A stretch of DNA of 64,000 bases. Source: Dicyema japonicum. Its lineage: Eukaryota; Animalia; Dicyemida. Both the position numbers and the translations under genes were made by a program. Of the stretch, positions 60,140 through 64,000 are shown one piece after another. The DNA lies in the NCBI GenBank assembly GCA_011109175.1, contig RDEW01000019.1, positions 127,229 to 191,228 on the forward strand. The letters are read 5' to 3'. Under the pieces are notes generated by a model. It was not told the origin of the DNA. It made no database searches and saw nothing but the letters and a program-made list of their open reading frames with translations. Every line of letters begins with the position of its first letter. Position 1 is the first letter of the stretch.

Positions 60140-61400
60140 CAATACTTAAGGGTGTGTCAAGCTATCCCAAACCGTAGCGAGCGCGCTTGGAATATGGCAT
60201 TTCCAGTCATGCCTTGGACTATGCAGGAGGTTCCCCGTATCCGCGCCACTGTTGACTCTCCCGTTAATTACCCATCAACCACCACAAAACATTCCTACGT
60301 CTCATCTATGAGCGACGTTCTTCACGGAATATCCCTGTGAAGACTATCGTCCGGTAGCGAGGCACTCCACGTCCTGTCGCCGCGGATGCCCTTTCCAGTA
60401 CGGTCGAAGATGCCTTCCGCACGAACGCAATACAGGACTGGGTGCGCTAATCAGTTTTGCGCTTTCCGCACTGGGACCTGATCGAGATGGTCAGGGAAAC
60501 AAGTGTCTCGCTACCGCTTTGAGGACCAATATTCATTCTCTTATGGAAGAAACACATATCCCCAGTTGGCCCACATTTTCTAATCATACTCGGAATACAC
60601 GTGGTCCGAACTTCCCGAAGTAATCTTTCACGTCCTGTTTTCCGCCAATTTGATAGCCTTCGATAGAAGGGCGGCGGAGTACAACCGGTTAAGGTCGAGT
60701 TTGTCTTCAGGAGAATGGCTGCTAAGATTGCCTCCAGATTTCTATTCCACTCGTCACACAACTCTTCAACCCACCTCAAGTAGGCGTCGGTGTGTGCCTG
60801 GAATGTGAGACAGCTGTCCATTAAGTGAGAACATTCCTAAACCGCAGTATAGAAAATTCATCCTTACTTTAAGGGGACTCTTCAATTCCGGAGTGCAACA
60901 AGGAAATCCCCTTAGACCCCTGTTGTTCTGTCTTACAATCGAGAAGATCCCCAATCATCATGCGTTCAATGGGGAGGGCTATTCGAGAAAACGTGTCTAC
61001 TTGACGTACAGCTTCAACGTACAAGGCTTGCATATGTCCTGAGAACTGCCCCCTATTTTACCCAATGTGACCAACTCGCACAAATTTACGGGATTTTGCG
61101 TTAGACAGAGCAGCGTATCTTAAACGTCCGGTTTGAAGAATACTCATGGAAGCAGACCACACTGCAGATGAGACTCGGAGGGCTTGGAATTCACAACCCT
61201 GTAGACATTTATCTCCCTGCATATCTCTCGTCACTGATGACCTGTAATAACCTTGTCAAGAGGATTCCACACTCCTCCATGAATTCTCTATGACCAGGAT
61301 GCAGGTCATTCTCGTGAGTCTGGAGCCGTACCTATTAGTTTTCCCAACCTTCCATGTTCTCTCAACGGGGTCTGGACAATGCCGTATGCCGGAAGTTTTT
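60140..61400 (+). mobile_element. Degraded CRE-clade element with internal deletions
   Basis: KGGGVQPVKVEFVFRRMAAK, QVGVGV..CETAVH, SGVQQGNPLRPLLFCL. Confidence 0.75.
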
Positions 61401-61558
61401 TAAAGATCTGCTAGTATCACTTAACCAACCATTTTTTCGAGGACATGGAAATTTAGAAAACAGATAAATTTAATAAAAAATTAATCGTCAAAAAATTATA
61501 TATTTTTAATTTTATAATAAAATTAGCGCATTATTTTATTCTTACCTAGTGTCTTGTT

Positions 61559-63915
61559 ATGGATTATTCCCTGGCCTCCACACCTATTAAAAAACCTCGC
61601 GACCCAGCTGCAGCTAAGGTAAAACACTAAATAACCCTTTAGCTGCTAAAATCGAAACTGAAATTTTATAGTTCACTTCTTGAAGAGAAAAAAATTAATA
61701 AAATTAGATTCGAAGGAGAGATTCGTAGCAAAATCGTGGAAGAGATCAAAGAATCCGGAATCCTTTCAAAAAAGAGGTTTTCTTGTCTCGTAAAATCCAT
61801 AGTCAAGTCTTAGACGATGATTTCAACAACGCCCTTAACACAACTCGTGGAGAAATAATTCGCCTCGTAGAAAGCGTTCGTCAACCAGAAACCGATAAAG
61901 TAAAACATGTTAACTTATTTTAGACAGAAAATCAAATTTTGGAAGCAAATCTGTAGTTTTGATGATTTATTTATAGGAAAAAATGCGAAGAAGAGATGAA
62001 TGAGGTTAAACGGAAACTCAGTTTGACCGAATTTGAGCTTTTTGAAATGAAAATGTCGAGAAAATCTCAGGCCTGCAACGAAGTTTTTAATTGTCTTTAG
62101 CTTAGCCTTTTCCTCAGCGAATTTTACGTCAGCTTAAACAGCTAAGAAAAGAAAACGCAGAAAACCGTGAATTTATCGCTAATCTCCACACTACTTTTAC
62201 TGCTTTTAAGGACATTATAGCAATCCCCGACGCTAATGAAATCCTCCACCATAAGATACCAGTTGTCAAGAGCCCCCTAAAAGCGGAAAATCAGCAGAAT
62301 ACTCCGAATTTACAATTTTCCTATCGAAGTTCAGATATTTTCTCTTCGCGTGGTGAAATGGATATTGATTTGGGAGATAAACCCGAAACTACTGGGGAAA
62401 ATTCACCTATTCCGCTTTTTAAAAGAATACGCGAAAATTCTGGAATATATTCCGCCGGAAAATGCAACCGAAATGATTCGGGTATGCTCTTCTACACTGC
62501 TGGGACTTCCATAAGCTACAGAACGTGTCAAATGTGACATCAATAATTAAGGATTCTATAATCATCCAAAAGATTATCGACGTGAAGAAACTGAGACAAA
62601 CTGTGAAAAAAAGACGGCTTGGATCAACCTAAAAATAATTCTGGGATATTTTCCATGGGAAAAAATCATCAAATTGATACTGATGTGTTATCATGCATCT
62701 CTGAGGTTCCTCATAGTCAGAATGTTGAGCTACAGAACGCCTCATTAAGACCAATAATCGAAGAATCTCAAATCATCCGTGATGGCTACCAAGGTTGGGG
62801 AACACAGGCAAATAATGACGACTTGTATCAATCCATACGTGATAATTCTGCTATATGTTCCGCGATAAAAAGTTCCACCATTGATTCGATTTTGTTGTCC
62901 CACACAGCTGAGGCATCTCAGAGGCCAAATTCAGAGTTACTGAACCCCTCATGTTTAATGCCAATGGTTGATGATGCTCTAATCGTCAATCAAAATCAGA
63001 GTGGGATGAATGAGACAGACAAAGATGGAAGTGACAGTATGAAAGATCATTCGCCTGTCTTTGTGAGTAAAACAAGAAATTTTGGTCAAACTCTTTCACC
63101 CTCGTGTGACTTTATGGCAAAGAAGTCATTTTTTGAATCCTTCGTGAGTCCTAAACCTTCGGAAAATGAAGATATTTGTTCCACAAAGTCGATGGATTTT
63201 GGTATTATTAACGACATGGAACCCTCAGGTATTTCCATCAAGTCTTTACTTTTAGTTCATAGCCCCAGAGTTGGTGACGTTTTTGATGGCGTTCATCTTT
63301 CCGAGATTTCTGTTCCTGCTGGATGTCAGTCAGAACAGTGTTTTGATGCGACTACACATGCAAATAATCCCCCAAATGTGCAAACACCATCAAAATCAGT
63401 TAATTCTCTTCGTGAAATGAAAATGACTACGTTTCCTGTGCATTCTCCCGCCAACAATAATTCACAGGAGAGCTGTGCTACACGTCATGATGCACTGGAA
63501 TCCCGTCTTTCTGCTCTTACTTGTGATTTTGAGACGCTCAAACGACGATTCGAAGATTTCTTAGTACGATATGAGACTGAAAAGGAATCACAGAGAGACG
63601 TTGAAGTGTCCAGGAAGCAGCATTCGTTAACTCCCTTACCCAAACGTTTCTGTTCTCCTAAAGACGATACAGTACACTTTGATTCGTCTAATCAACATTC
63701 CACTCATGAATTTCGTGAACTGCTCACAGGTCTTCTTCAAGAAGAGTTCCTTAAATGAACCTAAAGAGAGTTCACTTCAGCATACAATCACAAATCCTGA
63801 TTTGACCTTGGCAAATCAGAGTTCTGCTAATGTTGAATGTACTGGGTCTCCCATTAAATCAAATTACTCTAAAAATAGTGCTACATTCAGGAGTAATTCC
63901 GTTTATTTATGTTAG
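61559..63915 (+). CDS. Orphan multi-exon gene: coiled-coil N-terminus, Ser-rich C-terminal region; middle frame unresolved, 3' end uncertain
   Basis: ATG at 61559, GT-AG intron 61619-61642 and further candidates of about 23-26 nt give MDYSLAST...LLEEKKINK...; 379-codon open frame 62619-63758. Confidence 0.55.
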
Positions 63916-64000
63916 GAATCCCTTCTTCAACACTAAATTCCTCGGAAAAACCCAAAAAAGAGTTTATTTGAAGGTGGTGTATGGTTTTATGATAGATGAC

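Overview
Eukaryotic (very probably animal) nuclear DNA, AT-rich and dominated by decayed non-LTR retrotransposons. These are RTE-clade LINEs, an APE-type I/Ingi/Jockey-like LINE family, CRE-clade elements with a restriction-like endonuclease, R4/Dong-like fragments, a DDE integrase remnant and a tRNA-derived SINE family. Scattered among them are a few compact host genes: VPS29, an RPP38-like L7Ae protein, LRR1, a PPP1R15/GADD34-like gene, a lesion-ridden RFX transcription factor gene and several orphans. Manual splicing shows almost all introns are only 21-29 nt (one is 51 nt). This points by inference to a genome-reduced parasitic metazoan such as a myxozoan or dicyemid; the taxon cannot be fixed from this window. 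There is one 476-nt N gap and several read-sized tandem duplications that may be assembly artefacts. Best leads: an apparently decaying RFX (ciliogenesis regulator) gene, ultra-small introns whose 3n members all carry in-frame stops, a SINE whose 3' tail matches a local RTE LINE, a filled/empty retrotransposon site pair, a 2A-like peptide ahead of a LINE endonuclease, and an intronless PPP1R15-like gene. Family assignments come from motif recognition by eye, not database searches, and repeat boundaries are approximate.
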